DNA of 61,925 nt, the filler included, from Choristocarpus tenellus KU-1152 (Eukaryota; Protista; Phaeophyceae), in NCBI GenBank assembly GCA_964200185.2. It is 10 parts of 10 records of this genome, joined end to end, with 100 filler letters (N's around TTAATTAATTAA, not from the genome) between each part and the next. Parts side by side here need not be neighbours in the genome. Positions count along the whole stretch, not along the records: positions 1 to 15,095 come from CAXNAD020001062.1; 9 more parts are not named here. The stretch is one strand, 5' to 3'. A program made the translations under genes and the position numbers. Of the stretch, positions 1 to 11,591 are shown one piece after another. A model generated the notes under the pieces. It searched no databases. It saw nothing but the letters and a program-made list of their open reading frames with translations, and was not told where the DNA came from. How positions within the stretch are numbered: the stretch's first letter is position 1; each line of letters starts with the position of its first letter.

Positions 1-601
1 TGTTCTACATAATGAGGAAATAATCGAGTTATTTACACACAAAAGTCTTGGGAACACCAGTTTCTTTAACAATACTAAACGGAAAAGCGGAATATTCTGT
101 TAGGAGCTTTGTACCTTTGATGAAAACTACCACATAAAAGAATAGGGTAGCTCTGTACCTACATACTTCGATCTATTTTCTTGGTTGGGAACCCATGAGT
201 GAGTACGAAAATGAGGGAAAAGGGGAAAACGAGGGGAAGACCGTGTATCTTGTTCTTTTCTTTTCCGTAGTGCTTAGCAAGTTAGACGAAAATATAACTA
301 TCTGACGTCTATGAATGGTCATGTACGTGTGACCTTGCTCTTGGTCGGTTAGTTCGTACTACTGTAAGTGAGTTGAATGAACTGTATTCCAATCTACATC
401 AGCAGCCAGAACATCAGGTGTCTATCTACTATATGAGAGGGAAGGCAAAGACTCTTCCATATTCTACATATAACTCTCATCTAGTCATGACTCGATATCC
501 ACCTGACGCACAATGCAGTTTAGATAGTAAAGAGTGTTCAAAGTTTTCCTCAAACGGTTGAACCGAATGTACCTCTACTCAGTGGTATGCCGTGTCTCAA
601 A

Positions 602-859
602 GAGTGAAAGTATCTTAGAGGGTAGGAGTTTTGCCCTGTTTGTCCATTTGGGGCTTAGTCTCCCATGTTTTTTTTGTGACATTTTCCTACTCAATAATAT
701 GTCCAAGTAGATAAAGTGTATATGTTATGAAAAGGTGTCTCTGGAACAAGGATATTGACACTTCCAAACAAACACAATAGTCAAAATTTCATCAAAATCG
801 CAACTTTAGATTTTAGTCCCCAAATGGACGCGGCCCTACCCTCTAAGATACTTTGGCTC
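602..859 (+). mobile_element. MITE family A, copy 1 (258 bp)
   Basis: TIRs GAGTGAAAGTATCTTAGAGGG ... CCCTCTAAGATACTTTGGCTC; AAA on both flanks; interior similar to the copies at 15700, 51442 and 53075. Confidence 0.85.
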
Positions 860-1013
860 AAAATTATTTGCCCCTGTAAGGTACTGTTTTTATGGGTCGG
901 GACGGATAGATACACTTTCTTCTAGTAGTACCAAGTTTGAGCGGATAGAGGTAGGTTGTACAACTGATGATGTATTATAAAATCCGTGGAGTTAATACAG
1001 AATTTAGGGGGGG

Positions 1014-1337
1014 TGTATTGGTGGGAAATGTTACATTTAACAAAGTAACAATGATGACCATTACTCACCGTTCTATGTGCGACGCCTACCGCCACCTGTC
1101 AACGTATCCTCCTCCTGCTCGTACAGTGGATCATCTAACTTGTCCATAGTCGGTTGAGTTTCCCTGCTACCACCTGCCTATCTTCCTTGGTAACTCCCTG
1201 CTCCCCCTCACACCAGTTCCTCTCTCTCCTTCTCCGCCATTCATCATGACTACTATTGAACCTAGAATAATGGTTGCAATTTTGTAAGCACGATTCTAAG
1301 CTTCACTTTCTACTTCATGTACTGCATCCACCCAACA
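1014..1337 (+). mobile_element. Possible LTR remnant
   Basis: Purine tract AGGGGGGG immediately before TGTATTGG; segment ends in CCCAACA; no partner LTR in the window. Confidence 0.25.
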
Positions 1338-2404
1338 GGACTATTGATAGTGCTTTAGTGTGTAGAATATCCTGTTTTCCTAGGTCATCAACCTTTCTTG
1401 AAATTTTGACGACCCCCGAAAAATAGTTTGAACCAATATGTCCCTGGTTGCTGAAATGCTGTCCTAATTCATCATGAATTGCGAATCATTCTAAGATGAT
1501 GTCGTCATATATACGGACTATGTTTAACATACACTCTACACTTGGAAAGAAAGGAGAGGCCTCTATTCTTTCCTACATTCGGAACAACCTGATTTCTCCC
1601 ACAGGCGATTGACAATGCTACACATTAAATTGCTTCAACGTTTTGAGACGGCAGAAGTTTGTTGCTGTGGTTGATACAGGATAGAAAGCTCGGGTTCGAA
1701 TAATATTATGTAGTCCCACTGCTGTTGTACTTTACGACTCAAATAGTGATCGACGCTTCGAGCTTTTCTGATTGAGGTAAGCCTAATGTCAGCAAGTGAT
1801 TAGTTTTCAATACAATTGTCATCAAAGGGTGAACTGCACAACACTGATCAAAAGGCTATGATACCAGTGAAACAACATGGCAGCTAACCACCCCATATTT
1901 GTACTTTTTTTAAGACCATGGAATTGTTGTGCACTGTACATACATATATTTGACAACATGCACACACACATTATTTTCATGATTGAGGCACATAGTGAAA
2001 AATCTTGCAGTATTCCATGTTTGTATTGCTTGGTTGGCCGAGATTTGACCGACAGGTGGAAATGACGAAAATTTGACCAAAACTGAACGTACTTAGTCCT
2101 CTCTCTCTAGGATCTAATGCAATTCCACCCATTAATGTTTCCTGGTGTAATAATTAATAAGGAGAGGGGAACTACGGTCAGCTGCTGTAGGATGAAGGGA
2201 TCAAAATCAAGGAGTTGAGGAAAAACAGAAGCACAATTAAACGTGACTGGCATCATGCTCCTCTAACACCAAAATTTTATCTTTGGAATGTCCCCACTGC
2301 CAAGTTATAGTGCTGCAATATTATACAAACCATTCCACCAGAGTTTCGTAGTCCATCCACACCTCTCTTAAAACCTCAAACACAAGCTGGGAATCAAAAC
2401 ACAG

Positions 2405-2640
2405 TATGGGACTGAGTTGAAGTTATACGAGAGGTATCCAGATGCTAACAAATATGTGTAAAATTCGGCTTTTTTACAAATGTGTGTAGGTTATTCTCTG
2501 AATTGTGTAGGAAAAAATTTAAACAACAGAGAAATAAACACTCAAGTCAAACTTAGAACTTCATCCAAAGAAATATGAGTGAATAGCAAACGATTGGAAA
2601 ACAGACCTAAAACGCAAAACGACAAAAACCTGGGTACCTC
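2405..2640 (+). repeat. Dispersed repeat, copy 1 (old non-coding transposon fragment)
   Basis: Collinear similarity to 24630-24870, e.g. CAAGTCAAACTTAG and GATGCT(A/G)ACAAATATGTG(T/C)AAAATTCG. Confidence 0.6.
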
Positions 2641-2865
2641 TCGTTTACTTTGGCTCACTATTTGTGAATTGATTAGCAATCCTGTAACATATCTTGAGAG
2701 TGTTTCCCTGCGAAAATGTGTGTGTAATAAAACCTGTTGTAACATCACCAATACTGATAATCCGACTCTCAGTAACCTCAAAGCTTTCTAGAACCCACAC
2801 ATTTCAACTAACCTGCAAACCTCGAACACTGAGACAGTTACTGATCAGTATTTGGATCTAGTTAC

Positions 2866-5800
2866 TTACCCCCACTCCTTCACATTATCTTCTATAACTC
2901 TATTCACAACACCCAGAAGCTCTTGGTCAACCCAAAACCCAGGGCACTCTTTCCTGAACGACATAAACACATCAGAGCATCCTTGCCTTGTGGCTAATGC
3001 TGCCCACGCCATTGCCAGAGCCCCAGCACATTCACTACCCCGTGTCCCAGCTCCCACAAAAAGTAATCGCCGACAACATGACCCAAACTCTTCCCTTGAC
3101 CCTAGACCACAATTTGCAAACACTGCCACCCTTTGAACCAGGTCATTGAGGTGGTGGTAAGTCCTCAGACAAGATTCGGAGCAACCCACTGCTGCACTAT
3201 TTTCTTCTTTACTGGCACCCTTCGTAATCCCCCAGCCTTGGGAACCTTCCGGGCAAATCATGTCAGCAAAGAAGACCCGCCTACCTCCCTCCTCCACCAT
3301 ATCCCAGGCATCTGACCACTGTGTGTCTCCCACTTGACTGGTCTCCTTATGTGTATCTGAGACACTGCCTGAAGAGAGGGGATCGATACGATTGCACACC
3401 ACCACATGGGTTATTCCCATCATGGGGAGCAAATCTAACAGGGAAGTTGGATTCCCTGCCTTTCCTGGGCCCCATTGCGAAGTGGCTGACATCCACACAA
3501 CATGAGGGTCAGCTGCAGCCATTCCTGCCGTGGAATTGTAGATGGTAGATACTCCAATGTTGGGGTCAACTTCTTGTTTGTACCCTAGTTGGATATTGGC
3601 ACCCATTCTTGTGATGCTTGAGTCACCACGAGTTATTCTTCTCTGAACCCCTGATGCAAGAAGTGGTAAAAGTAACACTTCCCCACTAAGTTGCCAGATG
3701 AATCCATCACAACATCTAGCACCCATTGTACCACAGTCCCTACCTGTCCCAATAAAAAATGGGGCCTGCTGGAATATCTCCACAGCTTGACAAGGCTCAA
3801 CACTAGGCCAATTCCACTCCTCCTCAAGGTCTATTCCTTTGTGCCAGCCGTGTCCATCTTTATCAACAGCAGGGTGTTTTAAATTTGGAGCACTACCTAT
3901 GATTTCAATGCCCCTGATTTTCCCCTCATCTCTTATCCTCTTGTGGAAAGGATGTGATGCAGGCTCAATTCCACTGCTGTATAACAGCACATTTGGATCA
4001 TTATTGCATCTCTCCCACGTATCAAAACTTTGGGAAAGAGATTCTCCATCTCTGCTGTACTTCCCCAAAATGCCTTCCTCCTCACCTGTACAAATTTTGA
4101 GGGGTATTTTGTGGTTGAGTAAATTGATTAAATCGGAATCCACCCTTTCCAACAAATGTTTTGCCTGAGGGCGTTTTTCCGGCATCCTCACAAGGATGAA
4201 AGAAAGTAGGTTTTCCAGGAGACCTGCACACTCCAACCCACTTAACACCCTCATACGTTCTGGTGGTGGTAAGGGTGGCGGTAGATGGGTATTATCTCCA
4301 ATTCTACAGCTGTTGCTGCGACCTGAATTTGAGGCAGTCAGCGTAACAAAGAATTCGGACCACTGGGAGGTCTCAAACAGGAAATGACCAGTCAATAGCT
4401 CATACAGCAGGCACCCTAGGGACCAAACATCGGATGCAGGTGTGATTTTGCTTCCTCTATTGAGCAGGTCCCCCTCCCTGTTGCTTGGCTTCTGTCTCTT
4501 TTCTCCACCCTTAATTTCTAAGTGATCTCCAAGGTCACCCTCTTCAGCACACGGCCCGTCCAATGTGTCTGAGCTGAGGCTCGCCCATACAAGCATTTCA
4601 GGGCTCTGGATGCATTCTGTTCCATGTGGACGACTCAATCTAAACCCATCAATGGCAATTTCCTCAGCCTTGTTACCAGGCCTGTGTTGAAGTTCCTGTT
4701 TCCCCAAGACTGCCTCCCCAAAATCAGCAACACAGATGGAGGGTACCCATACCTTCTCCATTCCTACTAACCCCTCTTCATGCACAAGGTTTCGTACCAG
4801 AATGTTGTCGCACTTGAGATCAAGGTGTATGACACCTTTGCTGGTCATGGCAGCAACAGCTGAAACTACTTGCCGAAAGACCTTCAGGTATATGGAAACG
4901 TCCAAAAGTCCACCTGGAGGATCAGGGGTGCCCTCATCAACCCCTTCTGCCCTGTTCGATAGACGCCACTCTTTCAGACTGCAAGAGCAATGTTCTAGGA
5001 CCAGCACATAGGATGCCTCAGTCAAGCCGAAGTCAAGTAACTTGCAAATCTCAGGAACATCAGCCAATAAACGGAGACTCATCACCTCCGAGAATATGTT
5101 TGCAAAAGCTGAAGTTCCAAATATACTGCTCTCCCTATCTATGACCTTGATCGCTACTTGTTTCGACTGTTGCAGCTTCTCTAACTCCTCCTGGGATGAC
5201 CTGCAGCTGATACTGGCATCAATAGTTGCAAGTGCTACATCAGCTGTTTTTCCTTCTCTGCATGGCAGTGGGCTCCTTGCTACAAGTACCTGCCCAAACC
5301 TGCCCCAAGCAATGTGCTTAGTACCTTGAGAGAAGTAGCTACCAGGGTCAAATACAGCAGTGCAGACTAACTTGCCCAATGCTGCAGCTTCTTCCCCTAG
5401 ACCAACCCATCCAACACAGAAGCCCGGGAGGACATAAGCATTCTCCGGCTGGTTGACGTGGCACTGGAGTGCAAAAATAGTGTTATTGTCAACACCACCT
5501 CTGGCCTGTGGTTCTAGCTGTTGCATTGTACTTCCAGCAAGTTTATCAAGATCCCTGCCTGCATCAAGATCCCCTGCCAATAGGGCAACCAAAAGCAGGA
5601 GGGCGGTTTGGTGCAGCACCAAATCCTGGTAGAGTGGAATGATTGATCGCTGGCGGGTATAGTACATCTGCATGTCGAAGTCCATATTGCCCCTCATCTC
5701 AGTAGGAATAGAATTTGTAAGGGCTTTGTTTTCTCTCAGTTCTAGGTCATGCTCCTTCCCACCCTTATGCCCCCCCTCTCCACTACAGTTGCCACACCCT

Positions 5801-8800
5801 TCTCTCCTTAGCTCCCTCTCTCCTCCTTTAGGCATTTGATGAGCCCCCCTCAGATTATCTCCTGGCTGCCCCGCAAGCAATATACTCTCATTTGAGTGGT
5901 AGTCCATCCACCCATTTTCTAATTTGGTGAAAGGGGAAGGGGAAGTTACTGTGGCGAGACTTGACACAGTGGTAGCTACTCCGATCTCTCTGAATTTGTA
6001 AAGAGGGTCTGATATATGAGTGATCCCTCCAGGGAAAGCTGAAGAAGGGATCGGGGTTGGGGATGATTCTTCATACTTCCGATGTCCCTGTGACTGGTTG
6101 AAATTGGATGACTGCGGTTTCATTTTGGAAAGGATTGAAAGAGCTCTGGGCGGCTTCTGGATGATAACTTTGCTTACGACTGCAGCGGGGATAGAGAAAA
6201 AATCGTCATCATCATCGTTGCCCTCCTGGGTTTCCTCCTTCTCATCAACAGAAGGAGGACGCTGCTGCAGCCGATCATCTGTATGGTTAATGTAGCGGCT
6301 GTCCTTGCAAATTAGGTTTGCCCCAACCCCATTAGAGGGACCGGTGGTGCAGGGATCCTGACCTGAGATAGGATTCTCTATGGTTGCCAAAGTCGATTGC
6401 TCTCCTGCTCCTCTCCCTGACATGAATTCATACGAAGCAGTTGGAATCACTTGTGACGTTTGATGCATGCATGCGCCTTCCCCTGAGCCGTTTATTGTAG
6501 TCCTGTGATGAGCACCCTGCGGCAAGTCCACTGTTACAGCGGTTTTCTCCCCCGCATTGCTCCCAACCCCTTCCAGGTTGAAACCCATTACTGGTTCTGC
6601 AGAGATTGAACTAAAGCTCTTTGAATGTTCCTTTCCACGATCCTGAGGTGTCAAGTGTTTTTTCACATCCAGGTCCCTAGTTCTTCTTATGCGCACATTG
6701 TGACGAGATTTTGTAGGCTCAACATCACCATCATTGTATTTAATGAGGAGAGTCCCATCGGAGTTTATGTCAGCTATTACACCCGGGAACCATCTCCGCT
6801 TTCCATTTTGCACTGCTACCAGTCCATGTATCTTGTCCCCAGCGTTTAGAGGTTTTTCCTGTACCTCTTTTTCACCCTCTGTTGCCCCCCTGCTTCCCTT
6901 GACAGTTCCATTACATAAACGCAATTTGGAGTCCCCTCTTTCCAGGCTAACCCTTACATTTCCATTCTGGCATGCGTCTGCTTCAGGACATCTCATTTGG
7001 TCGAGGATCTCCCTTGAATTCAGCGGTCGCTGAAGGAAAGACGTGAGATCTTTCAGTCCGGACCTCCCATCAGCAATGCCCCCCTCTAGGGAACTGCCCT
7101 CTCTCTCCTTTTGACTTGCACAGGACAACAACGGGTCTGGAGTGCACCCATGACCCGCACTGACCCCTTTCTCTGCCCCTTCATTGTCCAGGTTTGAATC
7201 CTGACTTGCCAAGATGAGTTGAGTCACTTTTGATTGAGGGTGAAAGTTTCCATTATCATAGTCACAATAGTTGTTGCCATCACCATCAGCGTTGCTCTCA
7301 CACTCCAGTGATGGAGGATGAATCCTCTTGACCCCAGAAGCAGAGCCATTACCATCACTCTTGCCATAGGTTCCCGCAGATACGGAGATATCATTGTTTG
7401 CACCAATGCCACTCCTGCCATGTCTATTGCGAGCAAAGGCAAGTACAGGATCCTGGAGACTCATTTCAGTTCCAATCTCCAATGACAAGAACTTTGCCAC
7501 ATGTAGCTTACGTAGCATTTTGGTCACTGAAAGGTGCTTGATGAAGGTTAGCCCTAACAGCGACCTGAGGTGCAGTTGGCAAACCTTAGTATTATCTGCA
7601 TCCCCACTCCAGGCAGATGTGTTTTCCTCCGATGGTCCTTTTCCAACTGCTTCATTCTGAGTCCTGCTGCTGTTGCTCATACCACTCCGGTGTGTAGTAC
7701 ATGCATTGTATAACCTTAGAAAAGCCTTGTAGTGGAGGTTAACGTGTATGTCTGGATGGAAATCCCCACAACCCAGGTTACATTCGCCCCACAAGGAGAA
7801 GAAGGAGCAGCTGAGGTGGAGGATACCTTGTAGTAGCTGAGAAAATAGCCCTGGCATTTGGAGTAGTCCAAAACTGTTGCGGCCATTTTTTTTACAGCAC
7901 CCATTACCCTTGCTACCCTGGTCATCACCTTCGTCATTACTATCACCATCAATATGACCGGTGCCTGTGCTGGAACGATGCATCCTTTTCTCCAACATTA
8001 TTACACCCACCACACAACCACCAGGGAGAAATAATGGCTGCAAGGCGCGCAACACAAGGCACACTCCTTCCAAGGCAGACTGTCCGCATCTGGCATCTGA
8101 AGAGGAGTTTGGTCCCTGTGAGGTCTGTGGGGGGGGAACTCCTGGTACCGAAGTCCTACCGTGAAAATGTTGGCAGTCTTTATCTGCTTCACACTCAAGT
8201 TTTCCTACTCCCTGATTTTCCTGAAGTATCTTTGAGGCTGTTGCCATTTTCACTTTTTCAGAGGCTGTACTCCATGATGCAGGAGGGGTATGTTTTGAGC
8301 TTGATGATCCTGGCAAGCAAGAACCGTTACATGGTTTACTCGATCTACCAAGTCTCGACAAGTAGTCCCTCTCATTTTTCCTCGTTGAATCTAGCAGAAC
8401 TCTGCATCTGTCTACAGCCTCCTGCAAGCACCTTAAACTCTCAAAGAGGAGGTTGTGCAGAGTCCCTAGCCCAGACGCCGCCATTGCACTCTTGCCACAC
8501 AATTGTATGAGAAGGTCAAATGGGTCAAGAGGATGAGAAGCTGATTGGCAAGGCCTCCGTTCACACAGGTCCCCTTTCCCAGTGATGACATCACCCAGCA
8601 GCCAGTCCAGCAATCCTACAAGGGGGGGGATCACACCTGAGGCTGGAGTTGCAGCTTCAGCGAGAGAGGCTGCAGCCCAGGTTGTGTCCTCTCCCCATGA
8701 TATCGGGCTGGACAGGACCAACCGCAGCATCACGATCGTCTCAAAAATTGCTGGCATGCTGAGTAACAGGGCACCTGCACCACTGAAGACATCTGCAGGG

Positions 8801-10773
8801 TCGATGGTCTCCTCCTCTGATGAGCCTTTCCCTCTAATGTCACTGCCACTGCCTTTGTCATGGCTTATTTGATTATCACACCCTTTCACTCCACCACCCC
8901 TACTCGAAGTCAACGTATTGGACGATCTGCTCGACCCTGGCAGTGAAAGTGATTGGAGGGAAGTGCCACAAAAATCCAGGATGCCAGTGATGAGTCCTGG
9001 ACTGTGGCATCTATGTTGCACATTCCGCTTGGACTGCCTACAGTTCCCACTGAAGTCAGGCAAGGACGATATGGCACAGCACCTCAGCAGGCGCACCAGC
9101 ATTGCTTGCTCAAGAGAAACTTGACAGGCAGCATGCACCAAGCCTAAGCGGTATTTTTCGTTTGCGCCATGACCGGATCGACGATGCTGCAGGGTGTGAA
9201 CGGAAGAGATCCGCTTATTGCAGTCCATCCACACAGTGCTAATGCACTGAAGGAGGAGATCTGTCCCTAGAGTCTCAACAACTGAAGTAAGGGTAGAAGA
9301 GAGAGGAAAGCAGTTCAAAATCCTTCCTTCATGTCCACCAATAACCTCTGCTACTGCTAGTCCCTTCAAGTTGGAACCATCCAACCTTGCCTTGACCTTC
9401 AGGTCTGGTACAACTGTGGAAGGAGTACAAAGTACCCGAAGCACAACCCCTAGGGTGATGTTAAGTTCTTTTTCCATCTCACTCCCAGACTTTACTCCTT
9501 TACTTGCCATCAAGACCAGAGACAACAGCAGTTTCGCTGTTGCCAGCCTCCCCTCACTCTTTGTCTGCAAGTGGACCTGAGCCCCTACACTGACTGTGTG
9601 CATCATCCCAATGGAAAAGTCCATTGCCTGGTCTAAGGCTGCAAACAAGTCTAACTTACCCTGCTTAGATGGTTTAAGCATTTCTCCATCTCCTCGAATA
9701 TGTCTATTTCCGCATTCTCTCTCGATTGCTGCCACCGATTTTGCAACTTTGTACCCAGCATTGTCTGGGGTTGGACCTCCTGCCACCATAGTTGTGGACA
9801 TGGACAGTGGTTCCCCATCTCCGGCAGGGTGAGCCATATTCGACTCACATTTCTTTACTGAGTGAATTGTGTGACACGTAGAACCTGCCACCTCCCACAG
9901 ATCCTTGAGAAGGTAAGACTTGCCAACATCACGGGCCAGGGCTCCCAGTTGTGCTGGGGTGGATGGTTGCTGTGGTAATTGCTGCTGTGTAGTGACACCC
10001 TTCAACTGTGACGAATGGACTTCCTTATCCTCCCCTCCCACCGATTGAAGGTCAGATTCTGTATAAGGTGCTGAAGTGATAGAGGTCATATGCTGCGAGA
10101 CCCTGGAATTGATTTGATGGAATGAGCTGCTGGTTGTTGGCACCACTCCACCACAGCCAAGTTCGAGTTGCCTCGGAGATCCAGTCTCAACAGACAGAGT
10201 CTCAGTGCCCAGACCTGGTTCAGTGTTCTTGTGGGGTGAGATTTTCCCCAAATGCAGTAGTGGCACTGATCGCTGTGTTGCATCACCCCCTTCCCCAACT
10301 ACCACCATTGCCACAGAAGTCGCTGCCTGGGCAAGTGACTCAACACCTTCAGAGTGATAGGTATTGGTTGAAGTCATTAAGGGCTTCGGAGATATGATAG
10401 CAAGAGCAGTGGAAGAGGAGGGAACCCCCTCCAATGATGGCAATACCAACTCTGGGAGAGTGTCTGAAGGCCTCTCCTCAAGATTGCAGAATTGCAATGC
10501 ATAATCTTCGCTAAAGGGAGAACCAAGATCAGGAACAGGGCAGAGGCTGCGACCAGTTGGACAGCAACCAACAGAAGTCGATACAGAGTCCTGAAGGGAA
10601 GTTCGCTCTGTGTGAACTGGCTGTTGGACTGACAGCCTTGCTGATAGTCTACTTGTTGGACCTCGAGCACTCCGGTAGGTGCACTTTTTCAAAGGAATGA
10701 GGTTTTCAAGGGAATGGGGTAGGGATTGTGGGTGAGGTGGGATTGGCAAGGGTGTTGCCCAAACTCTAGCTAT
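2866..10773 (-). CDS. Giant terminal exon (~2600 aa) of a protein kinase gene: Tudor-like module, Ser/Thr kinase and C-terminal DSP-like domain
   Basis: Uninterrupted 7.9-kb frame. Kinase motifs AWGRFGQV, VAIK, IHLDLKCDNIL, DFG, GTECIQSPE, DVWSLGCLLYELLTG (~5320-4150). Tudor/Agenet-like GDKIHG..WFPGVIADINSDGTLLIKYNDGDVE (~6845-6690). DSP-like GITHVVVC ... RRLLFVGAGTRGS (~3430-2890). Exact splice acceptor uncertain; the frame opens after TAG at 10776-10774. Confidence 0.88.
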   Translation of the reverse strand: MARVWATPLPIPPHPQSLPHSLENLIPLKKCTYRSARGPTSRLSARLSVQQPVHTERTSLQDSVSTSVGCCPTGRSLCPVPDLGSPFSEDYALQFCNLEERPSDTLPELVLPSLEGVPSSSTALAIISPKPLMTSTNTYHSEGVESLAQAATSVAMVVVGEGGDATQRSVPLLHLGKISPHKNTEPGLGTETLSVETGSPRQLELGCGGVVPTTSSSFHQINSRVSQHMTSITSAPYTESDLQSVGGEDKEVHSSQLKGVTTQQQLPQQPSTPAQLGALARDVGKSYLLKDLWEVAGSTCHTIHSVKKCESNMAHPAGDGEPLSMSTTMVAGGPTPDNAGYKVAKSVAAIERECGNRHIRGDGEMLKPSKQGKLDLFAALDQAMDFSIGMMHTVSVGAQVHLQTKSEGRLATAKLLLSLVLMASKGVKSGSEMEKELNITLGVVLRVLCTPSTVVPDLKVKARLDGSNLKGLAVAEVIGGHEGRILNCFPLSSTLTSVVETLGTDLLLQCISTVWMDCNKRISSVHTLQHRRSGHGANEKYRLGLVHAACQVSLEQAMLVRLLRCCAISSLPDFSGNCRQSKRNVQHRCHSPGLITGILDFCGTSLQSLSLPGSSRSSNTLTSSRGGGVKGCDNQISHDKGSGSDIRGKGSSEEETIDPADVFSGAGALLLSMPAIFETIVMLRLVLSSPISWGEDTTWAAASLAEAATPASGVIPPLVGLLDWLLGDVITGKGDLCERRPCQSASHPLDPFDLLIQLCGKSAMAASGLGTLHNLLFESLRCLQEAVDRCRVLLDSTRKNERDYLSRLGRSSKPCNGSCLPGSSSSKHTPPASWSTASEKVKMATASKILQENQGVGKLECEADKDCQHFHGRTSVPGVPPPQTSQGPNSSSDARCGQSALEGVCLVLRALQPLFLPGGCVVGVIMLEKRMHRSSTGTGHIDGDSNDEGDDQGSKGNGCCKKNGRNSFGLLQMPGLFSQLLQGILHLSCSFFSLWGECNLGCGDFHPDIHVNLHYKAFLRLYNACTTHRSGMSNSSRTQNEAVGKGPSEENTSAWSGDADNTKVCQLHLRSLLGLTFIKHLSVTKMLRKLHVAKFLSLEIGTEMSLQDPVLAFARNRHGRSGIGANNDISVSAGTYGKSDGNGSASGVKRIHPPSLECESNADGDGNNYCDYDNGNFHPQSKVTQLILASQDSNLDNEGAEKGVSAGHGCTPDPLLSCASQKEREGSSLEGGIADGRSGLKDLTSFLQRPLNSREILDQMRCPEADACQNGNVRVSLERGDSKLRLCNGTVKGSRGATEGEKEVQEKPLNAGDKIHGLVAVQNGKRRWFPGVIADINSDGTLLIKYNDGDVEPTKSRHNVRIRRTRDLDVKKHLTPQDRGKEHSKSFSSISAEPVMGFNLEGVGSNAGEKTAVTVDLPQGAHHRTTINGSGEGACMHQTSQVIPTASYEFMSGRGAGEQSTLATIENPISGQDPCTTGPSNGVGANLICKDSRYINHTDDRLQQRPPSVDEKEETQEGNDDDDDFFSIPAAVVSKVIIQKPPRALSILSKMKPQSSNFNQSQGHRKYEESSPTPIPSSAFPGGITHISDPLYKFREIGVATTVSSLATVTSPSPFTKLENGWMDYHSNESILLAGQPGDNLRGAHQMPKGGERELRREGCGNCSGEGGHKGGKEHDLELRENKALTNSIPTEMRGNMDFDMQMYYTRQRSIIPLYQDLVLHQTALLLLVALLAGDLDAGRDLDKLAGSTMQQLEPQARGGVDNNTIFALQCHVNQPENAYVLPGFCVGWVGLGEEAAALGKLVCTAVFDPGSYFSQGTKHIAWGRFGQVLVARSPLPCREGKTADVALATIDASISCRSSQEELEKLQQSKQVAIKVIDRESSIFGTSAFANIFSEVMSLRLLADVPEICKLLDFGLTEASYVLVLEHCSCSLKEWRLSNRAEGVDEGTPDPPGGLLDVSIYLKVFRQVVSAVAAMTSKGVIHLDLKCDNILVRNLVHEEGLVGMEKVWVPSICVADFGEAVLGKQELQHRPGNKAEEIAIDGFRLSRPHGTECIQSPEMLVWASLSSDTLDGPCAEEGDLGDHLEIKGGEKRQKPSNREGDLLNRGSKITPASDVWSLGCLLYELLTGHFLFETSQWSEFFVTLTASNSGRSNSCRIGDNTHLPPPLPPPERMRVLSGLECAGLLENLLSFILVRMPEKRPQAKHLLERVDSDLINLLNHKIPLKICTGEEEGILGKYSRDGESLSQSFDTWERCNNDPNVLLYSSGIEPASHPFHKRIRDEGKIRGIEIIGSAPNLKHPAVDKDGHGWHKGIDLEEEWNWPSVEPCQAVEIFQQAPFFIGTGRDCGTMGARCCDGFIWQLSGEVLLLPLLASGVQRRITRGDSSITRMGANIQLGYKQEVDPNIGVSTIYNSTAGMAAADPHVVWMSATSQWGPGKAGNPTSLLDLLPMMGITHVVVCNRIDPLSSGSVSDTHKETSQVGDTQWSDAWDMVEEGGRRVFFADMICPEGSQGWGITKGASKEENSAAVGCSESCLRTYHHLNDLVQRVAVFANCGLGSREEFGSCCRRLLFVGAGTRGSECAGALAMAWAALATRQGCSDVFMSFRKECPGFWVDQELLGVVNRVIEDNVKEWG

Positions 10774-11591
10774 CTAGCATCGGTCTTCAAGAAGACTCCT
10801 AATGGTGTATGTGACGTTTGCCATACTCCCTAGTGGATAGGGCTGGGTACCAAACAAATGTTCTATACCACAAAGGAATAAATCCATACTATTGGAGCAA
10901 TGGTGATTCAGGACCAGGATGCTGCCATGAAGAGATCAAGTGAAAGTAGATGGACTGTGGCAAAGGATCATACTCTTGAGGGCATATTAAATATATTGAG
11001 GACATGACCATCCACACTTAGTACCAAAGCTCTGCAGGATAACTATCCACCATTACCCAGATCTCTTTTGATTCTTATGACAAACTTTCACAACTTGTTG
11101 CATTGGTGGAAATTGGATATTGAAGCTACTACATAATAGCATTATGATGCTTCAATGAGCGTCCTCAGGATTGTTGGTTATTAGTTTTCAATGTTTCCAT
11201 GAGAAAGCTCAACACTTATCTTTCACTGACTCAAGCAAAACCGTTTCGGTTTGAAGCTAAGGGAAGGAGGTGGGGGGCAGCGCAAGAAAATACACAGAGG
11301 AATATCCAGCTTGTTGAAATATATTCAGAAGTAATGAAAAGTGTAAGGGCTTGCTCAAGATAAATGTTAGTGAACAAAACAAGTCCTGTTGAGGCAGAAA
11401 GACAAGCGAACAGCCTAAGTATATTGCAATACATTTGGGTTGGGCAGGGAGATCAAGAGGACATATTTTTACCTTCTCTAGAGGAGGAGATAATCACAAG
11501 AGGAACAATAACTGCTCTCAAAGATCACGATAATGGCATTAATGCATTTTGAGGAAGAAGTTCAAGGCTTCTAGAATATTGGCCAACCCAC

